The notes beneath the pieces are model-generated. The model was not told the origin of the DNA and made no database searches. It saw only the letters and a program-made list of their open reading frames with translations. A stretch of DNA of 62,892 nt from Caecitellus pseudoparvulus (Eukaryota; Protista; Bigyra: Bicosoecida). Location of the stretch: positions 1 through 62,892 of the forward strand of contig CBFFRQ010000147.1 of assembly GCA_965644315.1 (NCBI GenBank), read 5' to 3'. Below, piece by piece: positions 38,520 to 48,590 of this stretch; position 1 is the stretch's first letter, and each line of letters starts with the position of its first letter. Made by a program: the position numbers and the translations under genes.

Positions 38520-39446
38520 TTGCATACCGCCGTGGATGTGAGGGCGCTGTGGGAGAGGTATTGGCGTTGGGATTTCTTGAGTGTGCCTGTGGAAGAAGTG
38601 GAGGCGCCTGAGCGCCTGCGGACCCTCTCTGAAGCCACCGACTTCAGCACGGCTATGTTCGACATTCACGGCATCGCTACATCGAGGGCTGGCGATGAGC
38701 ACTGCGGCGGCAGCATCGTGCCACACCTCATCGTGCCACGCCCGACATCTTCGGTGGCCACTCTTAAAGGCATCACCGCTGCCGCCATCATTCGGAACTC
38801 GTCATCAGATGAGGGGCATGCCTGCTTGTGTCACGTGACAGGCGACTCCCAAGGCTCTGTGCGTATGTGGCAGGTAAATGCCGGCTTGTGGTACATACAA
38901 GAGCTGGGCCACGGCGTGCAGACGGAGGGGGAAACAGTCAAGTCCCTGTGCCGCGTTGAGCGAGAAACGTATGAAGCGAGGTCAGTGGCTCTGGTGGGCA
39001 TTGATAAGGTCGGTGTCTGCGTGTGGGGCATCTCAAACGACCGTGTGGAGGGCGACCTCGCCACTGTGGAAGTGCACGATTCGGCCGCGGATGTTGCGGA
39101 CTCAGGCGAGAGCGACCTGCCAGGGTTCTTGGAAGAGATGAGCGTGCCGTCTGGACAGGGGTACGAGCCCGTTCCCGTGAGGATGGAGAAGCTGGACATT
39201 CCGTTGACGGGGGGGGGCGGCAAGTGCTTCATGGATGCTGGAACGCTCATCCAAAGCACGAAGCGATACCCCACGAGGGAAGAGCCAGCCCTCTTCGTGC
39301 AGACTGCAACAAAGTCCATCGTGCCGTGGCGACTGACCCACCTGGATGCCGAGCCGCTGGGCGCCACGACGGAGTGGCTGAAGTCGGCCAAGCACATCAC
39401 TGCAAAGCTGCTGCCAGGGCGCCTGAACAACTTCACAGCGCACTGA
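38520..39446 (+). CDS. WD40/beta-propeller-like N-terminal segment, in frame with the next ORF across a single TGA (first in-frame ATG 38655)
   Basis: WD40-like VTGDSQGSVRMWQVN and GIDKVGVCVWGIS segments. Ends CAC TGA TCC CTC ATG, in the same frame as 39453. Confidence 0.6.
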   Translation: MHTAVDVRALWERYWRWDFLSVPVEEVEAPERLRTLSEATDFSTAMFDIHGIATSRAGDEHCGGSIVPHLIVPRPTSSVATLKGITAAAIIRNSSSDEGHACLCHVTGDSQGSVRMWQVNAGLWYIQELGHGVQTEGETVKSLCRVERETYEARSVALVGIDKVGVCVWGISNDRVEGDLATVEVHDSAADVADSGESDLPGFLEEMSVPSGQGYEPVPVRMEKLDIPLTGGGGKCFMDAGTLIQSTKRYPTREEPALFVQTATKSIVPWRLTHLDAEPLGATTEWLKSAKHITAKLLPGRLNNFTAH

Positions 39447-39452
39447 TCCCTC

Positions 39453-42400
39453 ATGGATCCAGCCACTGGCGACTACGACACGAAGTACTTGCTCACTGCT
39501 GGGCGGGAGATCTACGTCTTCCATTGCGGCAACGGGTATGGGCTGTTGGAAGACGGGGACGAGGCGACCCTGGAGAAGGAGCGACAGGTGCGCCTGCTGC
39601 CGCACGGCCTCATTCCGGATGACGGCATCCCCGTCGGCATCGTGTCGTACTTCTTCGCCTTCCCATCTGCCTTTGTCGGGGCCACACGAGAGGTGCGGAA
39701 CAGACTGGAGCCAGACACAGACGCCTCCCGCGAGTTTGCCACAGCGCCAGTCACGGGGCTGCAGTTGAAGTACAAGAGCCAGCTGCCCCTCATTGACCAC
39801 GTTCCTGCCAACCAGAAGGCTTGGGGAGCTTTGTCGTGGTTTGCGACGGTGACGAGCGCCGGCGGCATCTACTTCAGCAATGTTTCGAAACAAGCACGTG
39901 CTCTGAACCACTTTGCCGCCGACGTCATCGAGTTGTCGACTGCGGAGCGCATCACGCAGGTCTCGTCCATCGCGAACCCCCTGGCGGTGAAGTGGGAGGC
40001 CACCGACGATGACGGCAAGGTGCAGCGGCAGGTGTGGCTGGACTACGTGGCTGCTGCCACAGAGAAGCAAGCGTCCATGAGTGAAGAGGAGGAGACCATT
40101 GTGGTGGATGCGCCGCGCCCCAGCATGCCCACCCCGAACGACGTCATCCTGGTGGGCGTGTCACATGGACGACTGCTGGCCGTACTCGGCGCACCGCGCT
40201 CTGCACATGTCACGGAGTCAATGTGGATGGACTGGGGAGTGGTGGCTGAGATGGCACCCCAACACGAGGGCAGCATCACGCAGATCGTGCCCATGAGCAA
40301 GGACTTCCGGCACAAGATGGAGCCGTGGATCAGCTACTCCATGCCGACTCTGCGGGTGGACAGGGAGTCCGCTGCCATTGACTTCTTCTTCACCACCGCC
40401 GTCGATCGCAAGATCAAGCTGATGACTCTGGACATGGATAACAACTTCATCTGCTTATCCGAAGCAAGCCACGCGGAGGATCCCTCCACGCAAGTGTCCA
40501 AGGTGGACTTGAGCGGACTTGGCGCCAGGCATCGACCCTCAGCTTTGGATGCCCGTGCGGAGCATTCTGCGACACTAACAGGCTCTGGTGCGAGTGGCCT
40601 GCACGGGTCATCATCGTCTGTACCTCAGGACGGCGCTGGCGAATCAAAGGCGCCGCCTCCGTTGCCAACTCCTGCCTCGGGTCGGGCAGACAGCCCAGGC
40701 GGATTTGAAGCGGAAGAGAAGCAGAAGCCTGGCGGTGGGCAAGCCAAACCCGCCCAGGGCGGCTCCCCCAGCCGCCTCTCCTCCAGCGGCAACCCTGGTG
40801 AGGACGATGATGACCTGGATGAACACAAGGAGGACGCCATGCTGAAGATGAGCACCATGCGCCTGCTGACAGGGCAGAGCAAGAAGAAGGGCTTCGGCTC
40901 ACCGGACTCCAAGGGTCGTCCCCGACGCGGCTCAGCCTTGTCGCCCAAGGGCGGCGATCAGGTGGCAGAGGCGGAGGACTACTTTGACTTTGCAGTCATG
41001 GACGACAGCGATGACGCGCTGCGGTATGCGGGCAGCGAGAGCCGCAAGGTGCTGCAGAGCAAGTACGCACCCGAGTTCAACGCTGGTGGGCCAACGCGCC
41101 CCCTGCCCATGGTGTCTGGCGGGCGGAAGTACCAGATCCTCGGCATCGATGGGCTGTTCATGGGAGACAGCAGTGGCCGCGTGCGGTACTCCCTGAACAC
41201 CAGCAAAGCGTCCTCGTTCCCCACAGTGGCCATCCCAGGCGCGGCGGTGACGTCGGGAAGGTACTACTACGAGCTGCAGATGTTCTCTGGGCGAGACCGG
41301 TACCTGCAGGTGGGCTGGGTGAACAACGCCTTCACGACCAAGCGCAACAATGGCGTTGGCGACGACCCCAACTCGTGGGCCTGGGACGGCCAGCGTCGGA
41401 AGAAGTGGAATGGCGGAGATGACGGCTCCTTTGGCAGCGAGTGGGAGAACGGTGGCATCATCAGCTGCGCCGTGGACTACGATAAGCGCACCATGACCTT
41501 CGGTCTGAACGGGAACTTCGACGCGCCCATGGGCGTCGCATTCAAGAACCTGGACCTGCAAGGCATGCCCATCTACCCCGCCTTTTCCATCAGCGTCATG
41601 CGGGGCAAGTTCCACTGCCGCTTCCACGTGCACCGCGCCCAGATGAAGCACATGAACGCGCGGGCCATGGCAGGTTACCGTCCCATCGGGGAGTTGCTCA
41701 CGTCCCAGGCCGTGGCTGAGGAGCTGCGCCTGGACATGGTGGAGGCAGTGAACGGCGCCAACCTGCCCGTGCATGATGCCATGCGCATGCAGATGGCGTT
41801 CGTGTCTGACCTGTACTCGCAGCGAGACCGCCTGGACGTGTTCGTGGAGGCGGAGATGAGCGACAAGTTCGCCAAGAAGCAGGAGGAACACACGAACCAG
41901 TTCCACCGCCTGGTGGGCGATGCTCGCAGCAGCTCTGCGACGGTGCAACTGATGATCGATGAAGACGAGATGAGCACTCTGTCCTCCCACGATGCCGCGG
42001 CAGCTGTTAAGTCTCTGGCTGTCCGCGACGACCTTGCCCGCGCTTCCGCCGAGGCAGGCCTGGACTTGACGCGGGACAGCGCCTGCATTGACCTGGACAG
42101 GGCTCTGAAGCTGCTGACGCGTGTGGAGTCTGCGCGCTTCAGCAACATCCCCTTCTGCAGGGAGGAGGACGACGATGTCGGCGGTGAGGCCAAGCCTGTG
42201 CGTGCCACAGCCCGTGTGCTCAGCACCATCCTGAAGTTCGTGACAGGGCGTTTGCCGCCTGCTGAGGAACTGCTGCGCATTCTCCCCGTGGCATGTGCTG
42301 CCGGCCCTGCCCTCGCAGCTGTGGCAGCATCCTCTGGCGACCGCGGGGACGAAGAGACCACCCGTCGGCCTTGGTTGCTGGACCAAGTGTTGCCTGTGCT

Positions 42401-44606
42401 GCAGGCGGCACAGCGGTGGAGTGTGGGGGTGGGCTTGCACCCACTGCAGTCTCTGCGAGGCATGTCCAACCGCACGATGGAGAAGTACTTTGGCGTGAAG
42501 GGTGCTTCTGTGCGCTTGTTGTCCAGGGCTGTGTGGGGCGCCAACCCGGCCTTTGTCCTGCCAGAGGTGGACCGCGTCCTCATCGGCTTCTTCTCCCTCA
42601 TGCAGGGCGACGTTGCGACGGGCCTCTGCCGCATCCTTGGCATTCCCCGCGTCATGCTGACACAAAACACCGTGCAGCTCACTCTGCTGCACAACGAAAG
42701 CATCCGGAACTCCCTCATCCGCGTCCTGCTGCGACGCCTGCCCAAGCCGGCCGCCGAGGCCATCGTGCAGCGCGTCAGGGATGTGTCCCACGGAGGCCAC
42801 GAGCTGCCCCCTGGACTGACCAGCTTCGAAGAAGTGAAGCTACTGCAGAGCGTGTCTCCATCCTCCATCGAGTCTGCCATGGGCCTGCTGGGGCCAGTGG
42901 ACAAGGTGCGGGCGGTCCTGCAGCGCGACACGTCAGGGAAGGCGGCCCGGTCCCGCAAGGGGCAGGTGTCGCAGGCTGCACAGGCCTCAATGGCGGTGGT
43001 CAAGTTCGCCGCGTCACAAGTCTCACATGGCATCGCGACGTCTGTCGCAGCGCCTCTGGCTGCGCTGAGTGCGTCTGCTAGTGCAGCGGCAGGCCAGGCG
43101 CAGGACGCCGCCAGCAGCATGGTGGGCGGCGCCAACTTGTCCCCCCTGCTCAGTGCAGACATCATGGGTGCGCGGGACTCTGCTCTGGGGGCTGTGGGCA
43201 GTGCGGCAGGGGCCATTTCAGGCGGCATTTCCCAGGCACAGGGCGCCCTCTCATCCCTGGGCATGGTGACGGACTTCCTGTCGCAGGGCAGTGGCGACGA
43301 GATCTTCGTCAAGCGCCTGCGCGATCCCAAGTTCCGGGCCGTCACGCTGGGCGGCATCCTCCTGCGCGGGAATCCTGGTGAGCTCCTCACCACCATCCCC
43401 GTCTTCGTGCAGGCGCTGGTGCAGAACGAGCCCAAGCTCGTGGCTGCCCTCGGCGTCATCCAGCACTTCATCGCACTTATGCAGGCCCGCCTGCGTGCCC
43501 TGGAAGACGTCTCCAATGCCGCTGCGTCACAGGCTGAGTCCGTCATTGGCTCAGCTGCCTCTGTCGCGTCCCGCGCACAGGCGGCAGGGCAGAGTGGCGC
43601 GGCAGCTGCGGCGGCCGTGTCTGCAGCGGGCTCCACCAGCGGCAGCTCTGCCAAGAAGGCGCTGGCAGTGAGCAAGGCGGTGGCGGAGGAGCTGGGGAAG
43701 CGGCAGGAGCACATCATGCAGCTGCTGGAGAGCGTGGTCCCGGTGGAGCAGCACGGCGCACTGGCCATCGTGGACGCCATCCTGTCCTTGTCGCGCAGAG
43801 ACATCTCCGGCGTGCGCAAGCTGGCCCTGCAGTTCGGCGGCTTCAACAAGGACCGCCTGGAGACCATCATCAACACCATCACAGGCCTCGTGGAGCAGCT
43901 ACAACGGGCTGGAGTCGACACCTCATCGCCCGGCGCAGCTGCCTCTGCGGCCACTGCCGCGGCAACTGCAGCGGCCAAGGTGGCCCTGGACGCTGCCAAG
44001 GAAAAAACCAAGGCGGCCATGGACAGCGTCGTGGCGGGCGCCAAGACCAAGCTCGCCAACAAGTTCGCCTCCCTGCCCCTCGTCAACGGGCGCCTGTCTG
44101 ACCAAGCCATCGACCTGCTGTACGACGCCTTTGACACAGACGGCGGCGGCATCTCCTTCGACGAGTTCGTGGACTTTGCCGCCAATGCGCCGCTGCCCCT
44201 GACCAACGAGCGGGCCAAGCGCATCTTCGCGTCGCTGGACGTCATCGAGTCGGACAACGTGCTGGACCGCCAGGAGTTCAAGGCTGGCATCCACATCCTG
44301 CTGCGGGAAATCACCGAAGCAGCCCTCTCAGCCATGGGCCTCTCATGGGACGTCTTGCTGTACAGCCTCATGGTTCTCGTGGTCTTGCTCGTCATCATGC
44401 TCGTCTTCATCCTGCTGGGCGTGCAGGCCATGTCGGGCGGCAGCACCTTTGGCGCAGTGGTCAACTCCGCCATGCCTCTGGCCGGCGGCCTGGGCCTGGC
44501 TGCAGGAACGGACCCCTCTCAAGTGGCCAAGCAGCTCAGGGAAAAGGCCACTGCGCTCAAGCAGCGCATCACCGACGCCATCAAGAACTTGCAGCCCAAA
44601 GACTGA
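39453..44606 (+). CDS. SPRY-domain, EF-hand, C-terminally membrane-anchored protein (1717 aa, probably longer at the N-terminus)
   Basis: Propeller-like N-terminus (HEGSITQIVP, FFFTTAVDRKIKLM). SPRY/B30.2 at ~41220-41690 (GRYYYE, LQVGW, GVGDDPNSWAWDGQRRKKW, IISCAVD, TMTFGLNG, IYPAFS). Two EF-hand-like loops (FDTDGGGISFDEF, LDVIESDNVLDRQEF, ~44120-44285). Hydrophobic helix LLYSLMVLVVLLVIMLVFILLGV. Strong GC3 coding bias. Confidence 0.85.
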   Translation: MDPATGDYDTKYLLTAGREIYVFHCGNGYGLLEDGDEATLEKERQVRLLPHGLIPDDGIPVGIVSYFFAFPSAFVGATREVRNRLEPDTDASREFATAPVTGLQLKYKSQLPLIDHVPANQKAWGALSWFATVTSAGGIYFSNVSKQARALNHFAADVIELSTAERITQVSSIANPLAVKWEATDDDGKVQRQVWLDYVAAATEKQASMSEEEETIVVDAPRPSMPTPNDVILVGVSHGRLLAVLGAPRSAHVTESMWMDWGVVAEMAPQHEGSITQIVPMSKDFRHKMEPWISYSMPTLRVDRESAAIDFFFTTAVDRKIKLMTLDMDNNFICLSEASHAEDPSTQVSKVDLSGLGARHRPSALDARAEHSATLTGSGASGLHGSSSSVPQDGAGESKAPPPLPTPASGRADSPGGFEAEEKQKPGGGQAKPAQGGSPSRLSSSGNPGEDDDDLDEHKEDAMLKMSTMRLLTGQSKKKGFGSPDSKGRPRRGSALSPKGGDQVAEAEDYFDFAVMDDSDDALRYAGSESRKVLQSKYAPEFNAGGPTRPLPMVSGGRKYQILGIDGLFMGDSSGRVRYSLNTSKASSFPTVAIPGAAVTSGRYYYELQMFSGRDRYLQVGWVNNAFTTKRNNGVGDDPNSWAWDGQRRKKWNGGDDGSFGSEWENGGIISCAVDYDKRTMTFGLNGNFDAPMGVAFKNLDLQGMPIYPAFSISVMRGKFHCRFHVHRAQMKHMNARAMAGYRPIGELLTSQAVAEELRLDMVEAVNGANLPVHDAMRMQMAFVSDLYSQRDRLDVFVEAEMSDKFAKKQEEHTNQFHRLVGDARSSSATVQLMIDEDEMSTLSSHDAAAAVKSLAVRDDLARASAEAGLDLTRDSACIDLDRALKLLTRVESARFSNIPFCREEDDDVGGEAKPVRATARVLSTILKFVTGRLPPAEELLRILPVACAAGPALAAVAASSGDRGDEETTRRPWLLDQVLPVLQAAQRWSVGVGLHPLQSLRGMSNRTMEKYFGVKGASVRLLSRAVWGANPAFVLPEVDRVLIGFFSLMQGDVATGLCRILGIPRVMLTQNTVQLTLLHNESIRNSLIRVLLRRLPKPAAEAIVQRVRDVSHGGHELPPGLTSFEEVKLLQSVSPSSIESAMGLLGPVDKVRAVLQRDTSGKAARSRKGQVSQAAQASMAVVKFAASQVSHGIATSVAAPLAALSASASAAAGQAQDAASSMVGGANLSPLLSADIMGARDSALGAVGSAAGAISGGISQAQGALSSLGMVTDFLSQGSGDEIFVKRLRDPKFRAVTLGGILLRGNPGELLTTIPVFVQALVQNEPKLVAALGVIQHFIALMQARLRALEDVSNAAASQAESVIGSAASVASRAQAAGQSGAAAAAAVSAAGSTSGSSAKKALAVSKAVAEELGKRQEHIMQLLESVVPVEQHGALAIVDAILSLSRRDISGVRKLALQFGGFNKDRLETIINTITGLVEQLQRAGVDTSSPGAAASAATAAATAAAKVALDAAKEKTKAAMDSVVAGAKTKLANKFASLPLVNGRLSDQAIDLLYDAFDTDGGGISFDEFVDFAANAPLPLTNERAKRIFASLDVIESDNVLDRQEFKAGIHILLREITEAALSAMGLSWDVLLYSLMVLVVLLVIMLVFILLGVQAMSGGSTFGAVVNSAMPLAGGLGLAAGTDPSQVAKQLREKATALKQRITDAIKNLQPKD

Positions 44607-45344
44607 GGCTTGTCGACTTTGCTCAGTGGCTGCGGTGCGAAGCTCGTGTGAGGGTCGGCTGACCTTGCGCACTTGGTAGGCAGTGTGAAGGCAATGCACA
44701 TTGAACACAGGTGACTGCTGGGCGCATTGCGCGTGGACGGGGTCAGGGTGGGCGTACTGAGACTGCTGAGTTTCCAGAGCTGCTTGCTGTGGCTCGAGTG
44801 TGCCGCTTGCACGGTCTGGCGGGGAGCGTGAGCAGGTGTGCAGGATGGCGAAGGCCTGGGATGGTGTAGTAGCTTTGGCTCAAAGTTGCAACGTGGTGTA
44901 CTGCTGCGCCAGGCCTTGCAGGAAGGGTGGAGCGCCAGCGGTGGGTGTTTGGCGTGGCTTGCAGCTGGGCGAAGCAGTGACAGTGCCAGCGCAAACACGA
45001 GGCGCGATGCAATTCACACCTGCAAGACGTCGCACAAGTGGATGACAGGGGTAGAATGAGTGTACTCAAGTGTGGGCGAATCGCTGCAGCAAAGCCTGCA
45101 GCGCACACGGGACAGCTGCCGTGCGTGCGGAGTTGCGGAATCTGCTTGCTGGACCACGGTGGATGGACAGCCGCATGGAGCAGCGCCAGAGGAGGGATGG
45201 CAAGCACCGTTCGGAGGTACAGGCACTTTCATGCCATCAGATCCAATGATGTCGATTGACCTGACCAGCCCTTTCATGCCGGGAGGTGGACAAGGAGGTG
45301 GCAACAGCGAACCAAAACTCCTGGCTGCTTGTTGAGACGGAAGG

Positions 45345-45955
45345 GTGCAGGAAGTCCATGACCTCCTGGCGCTGGAAGGTGACAGTGCGGGAAATGTGCA
45401 TGTTGGCAGCCTGGGTGGGCGAGAGGTCTGATTTCAGGAGGCATGCGGGCGTGGTCACGTCGACATCGTGCGAGATCTCTTGGCCCTGATTGGTTCGCGG
45501 GCCGTGGATGTGCACGCAAGGGACTGGCTTGGGCCCGAAGGAGGGTTCCGGGTGCGTGCAAGAATGGTCACTTGGAAGTGGTCCACGAGCTCCTTACCTT
45601 GGAGGGTGAACGGGCAGTGGATGTGCATGCCGGGCCAAGGTGTGTGCCCGAGGCTGGCTTCCGCGAAGCGTGCGCATTTGACCATGTGGAAATAGTGCGA
45701 GAACTCCTGGCTCTGACTGGGCAGCGGGCTGTGAATGTGAACGTGGGCAACGGGGTTGCCTTCTGCTTTGCCTTCCAAGGTGTCAATGTGGGTGTCTTGC
45801 GAGAGCTGCTGGCGCTGACTGGCAGCCGCACCATTCCACTGCAGGTCAGGCTTGATGCCGGGCCTGCTGTTGTCCAGGCTGGCAAAGATGCCGTATGGGA
45901 CGGCACAAGCACTCGACAGGGGCGCAGAGCCGCAGTGCTTCTGCGGGCAGTGTAG
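45345..45955 (+). pseudogene. Ankyrin-like repeat protein pseudogene, copy 1 (5' boundary approximate)
   Basis: ~39-aa repeats F-x-x-AC-x-x-GH-x-x-(I/V)VR(E/D)LL-x-L-x-G-x-RAVDVHA (FQEACGRGHVDIVRDLLALIGSRAVDVHA; ACKNGHLEVVHELLTLEGERAVDVHA; FREACAFDHVEIVRELLALTGQRAV). An in-frame TGA lies near 45428 and a frameshift near 45551. Confidence 0.75.
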
Positions 45956-46762
45956 AGCCTTTGGTCGCTGGAGGGCGAGCGGGTAGTGGACGTGCACACA
46001 GCAGACCTCCATGGGCCTGAGGCCAGGATTCGACTCGCACGCTAGCATGGACACCTGGGATGTTGGTGACACTTTTGAGCTTGCATGGTGGCCGGGCAGC
46101 TGACGAACACGCGAGAGGTGGATCCAGGTGTAAAGCTGCTTTCAGGCTGGCATTTGGATGTGTTGTGGGAGCTTCTCGCACTTTGACGGGGCCGAGCTGT
46201 GGACGCGCATGCAAGTGATGGGAAGGAATTTGAGGCTTGGCATGTGGAGATGTGCCATGGCGGTCATGTGGGCGTCCTTGAGCTGCTTGGGCTAGCTGAC
46301 GAGCAGACTTGCAGCCGCGTAAATGCTCGGAGAGAGTTCGACGCTCGATGGGCATGTCAGAGCGGCGCTTTTCTGCTGTGCAGGGGATTTTGTCTCGAGC
46401 AGGCCTTTATGCTGTAGATGTGAGTATTGGGGATGCAGGCGGGCTTGACTTCGGGTTTGTCTGGGCCAGTTCCATCGGCCACTTGGGCGTGGTTCGGGAG
46501 CTTCTTGCCTTGAGTAATGGTCGAAGTGTAGACGTGCGCATTGAGATGAAGCTGGTCTTCGTCTAGCATGCGAGAAGGTCCTTATCGCGGTTGTAGGGAG
46601 CTCGTGGGTCTGGGTGGAGCTCGAGCAGTTGTTCATCAGGCTTGCCTTGCGACAGGGGCCTTTGCGGCAGAGGGAGCCAAGGACGCTGTCTGGGGCGACA
46701 CGAGCACTCGCCACGGACGAAAGCCAATGGAGCTCTTCATAGCGTGGGTTGTCACTGCGTAG
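45956..46762 (+). pseudogene. Ankyrin-like repeat protein pseudogene, copy 2 (more decayed tandem paralog)
   Basis: Fragments SLEGERVVDVHT, GHVGVLELL and GHLGVVRELLALSNGRSVDV occur in shifting frames with stops. The C-terminus AKDAVWGDTSTRHGRKP mirrors copy 1's GKDAVWDGTSTRQGRRA. Confidence 0.7.
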
Positions 46763-48590
46763 GTGCGCGAGCTGCACTAGTAGGGGTGCTTCTCTGGCTG
46801 CTGGGTGCAGGTTGAATTGGAGGCTTGGCTTCATTCGCTGCCACCCGCTGCACCTGGACGGGCCAGGCTTCGCAAAGTTGGGGCTAGGGTCAGGCGAAAG
46901 GCTGCAAGTAGGGCGTGATTTGGGGCGTTAAGTGGTTTGAGGTGCGATTTCGAAGCCTTGCCGCAGCCTGCATGGGAGCCTGCATTCCACCTTGGCCACC
47001 TCACACACGCTCGACATGAGGCACTCTCGGCCAGATGGAGCACTGGCGCCAAGGCCAAGGCGCATGACGTGGGGAAGGGCGAACTTCAAGCAGCTTCCTG
47101 CAGCCTCAGTCGTGGTCATGATACTTGTGGGAGCAAAGGCAGGCCTTGCTGTGCAGTGCGCTTGGCCGAGCGACTGGTGCAGGTGGAGGTCAGAGCACAT
47201 GCATCTCAGGCGCCGTGGAGGTGCTTGGGGGCTGTGGCGTGGACCGAGCAACTGCCGTCCACTACGTCCAGGCTGTGCGTGCCTGTGGGGAGCGGTGCAT
47301 GAGAAACAGAGACGTTTAGTGCGAAATGTACTTCTACGCAAACTTGTTGACACCTGGTACGGCAAGCTGGTCCACCGTTGTTGGCGTCTTGCGGCGACAG
47401 TCAAGGGAGATTTGCCACAAGTCACTGTTTCATATACCCAACGGAATCACTCCGACATGCAATTCCCCAGTCTCTCCATGAGCACCACCCGTCCGGCCAG
47501 AAGCGCCCTGTGTCGGAGTGGCCTCGCGTTTCGCATCGCCAACTCCAACCTCTGCCATACAATTGAGCATTCCGGCCGCCTCTTCATGGCAGGGTGAAGT
47601 TCCCCGGTGCTGGAGGGCGAGGTGGACGTAGACATGTGAAGCGTATTCGTCACATGTGTACTGCCTCCACGGTGCTCCAGGCCTTTCAACACCCGGCTTG
47701 TGATTGCCCGCCGTTCAGGATGAAACTCCCTTCACACCACCCAGCACAAGGCCAGCCCCGCTCCAGCGCCCAGCGCTGCAGCTGGTTGCCCCCTTGCTGA
47801 AGAGAGGCATATTAGAAAGTCCACCCTTCTGCACCTATGTACTGTTGCGCCGCACGTTGCATGTGGCCGGCCGGGCCTTTGACCCATGCAGCACTGGCGT
47901 TTGCAGCAGAGGCGGCGGCGGCCAACCTCGAGGTGGAGCTGGTGAAACTTTCGGTGCACGCCTGCTCGGGAGCGCGTGGCTGGGTGTTTTCGACGTCCAT
48001 CGTGATCACGCTGTGTGTGGGGCGGCTGGGCCGTGTTGCTGTGGGTATTGCTTCACCTAGCCCAGGATGTGGAAACGATGAAGCGAGACTGGTTCGCTCC
48101 GCTGGCATGGCCTGGCAGTGTGGTGGGCTGGATACATCGCCGAGAAGAAAAGTCACTCCCACAGACTGCCATTGGCCTGCAAGGTGTGCAGAGCAGGCCA
48201 GGGCTGTGTTTGCGGCAACCTGCACGGCCCAGTCTTCCTTTGTGGCGGTGTGTGCAGTGCCTGCCAGGGTTCCTGCCTTGTACTCCGTGGCCTCAGAGAG
48301 CTCGATGTACCTATCGAGCGTCTTTTCTCGTTTGTCAGTCGCTTTCTTTTTCTTTGCGGCGTCCACTGAACCTTTCCCATCCAGCAGTGCCGACGCGACG
48401 TCCAACTCAGCCGCATTGCGTGAGAGCGCCGTCACCGTCCCTTCTCCATGCTGGGGCGATAGTCTTGATCGACCCAGCACTGTACGGACGGTCATGATAG
48501 CTGCCCCAGCAGTCCTAGGGCCATGAAATGCGCAGAGCACGCCATTAGCAAGCCCAGCAACACCCACAGGGCCAGCCAAGGCAGTCTCGC

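Noticed and set aside
40932-44473. Long minus-strand ORFs (622 and 932 aa)
   Set aside because: Antisense shadows of the SPRY/EF-hand gene, with no recognisable motifs.
44660-44725. Possible SECIS element (GCAGT-GTGA...TGAC-TGC)
   Set aside because: The upper helix is too short and there is no properly placed apical AA, so it does not fit canonical SECIS geometry by eye.
46830-47330. Possible degenerate leucine-rich gene fragment
   Set aside because: Only scattered Leu-rich pieces in different frames, with no supportable domain.
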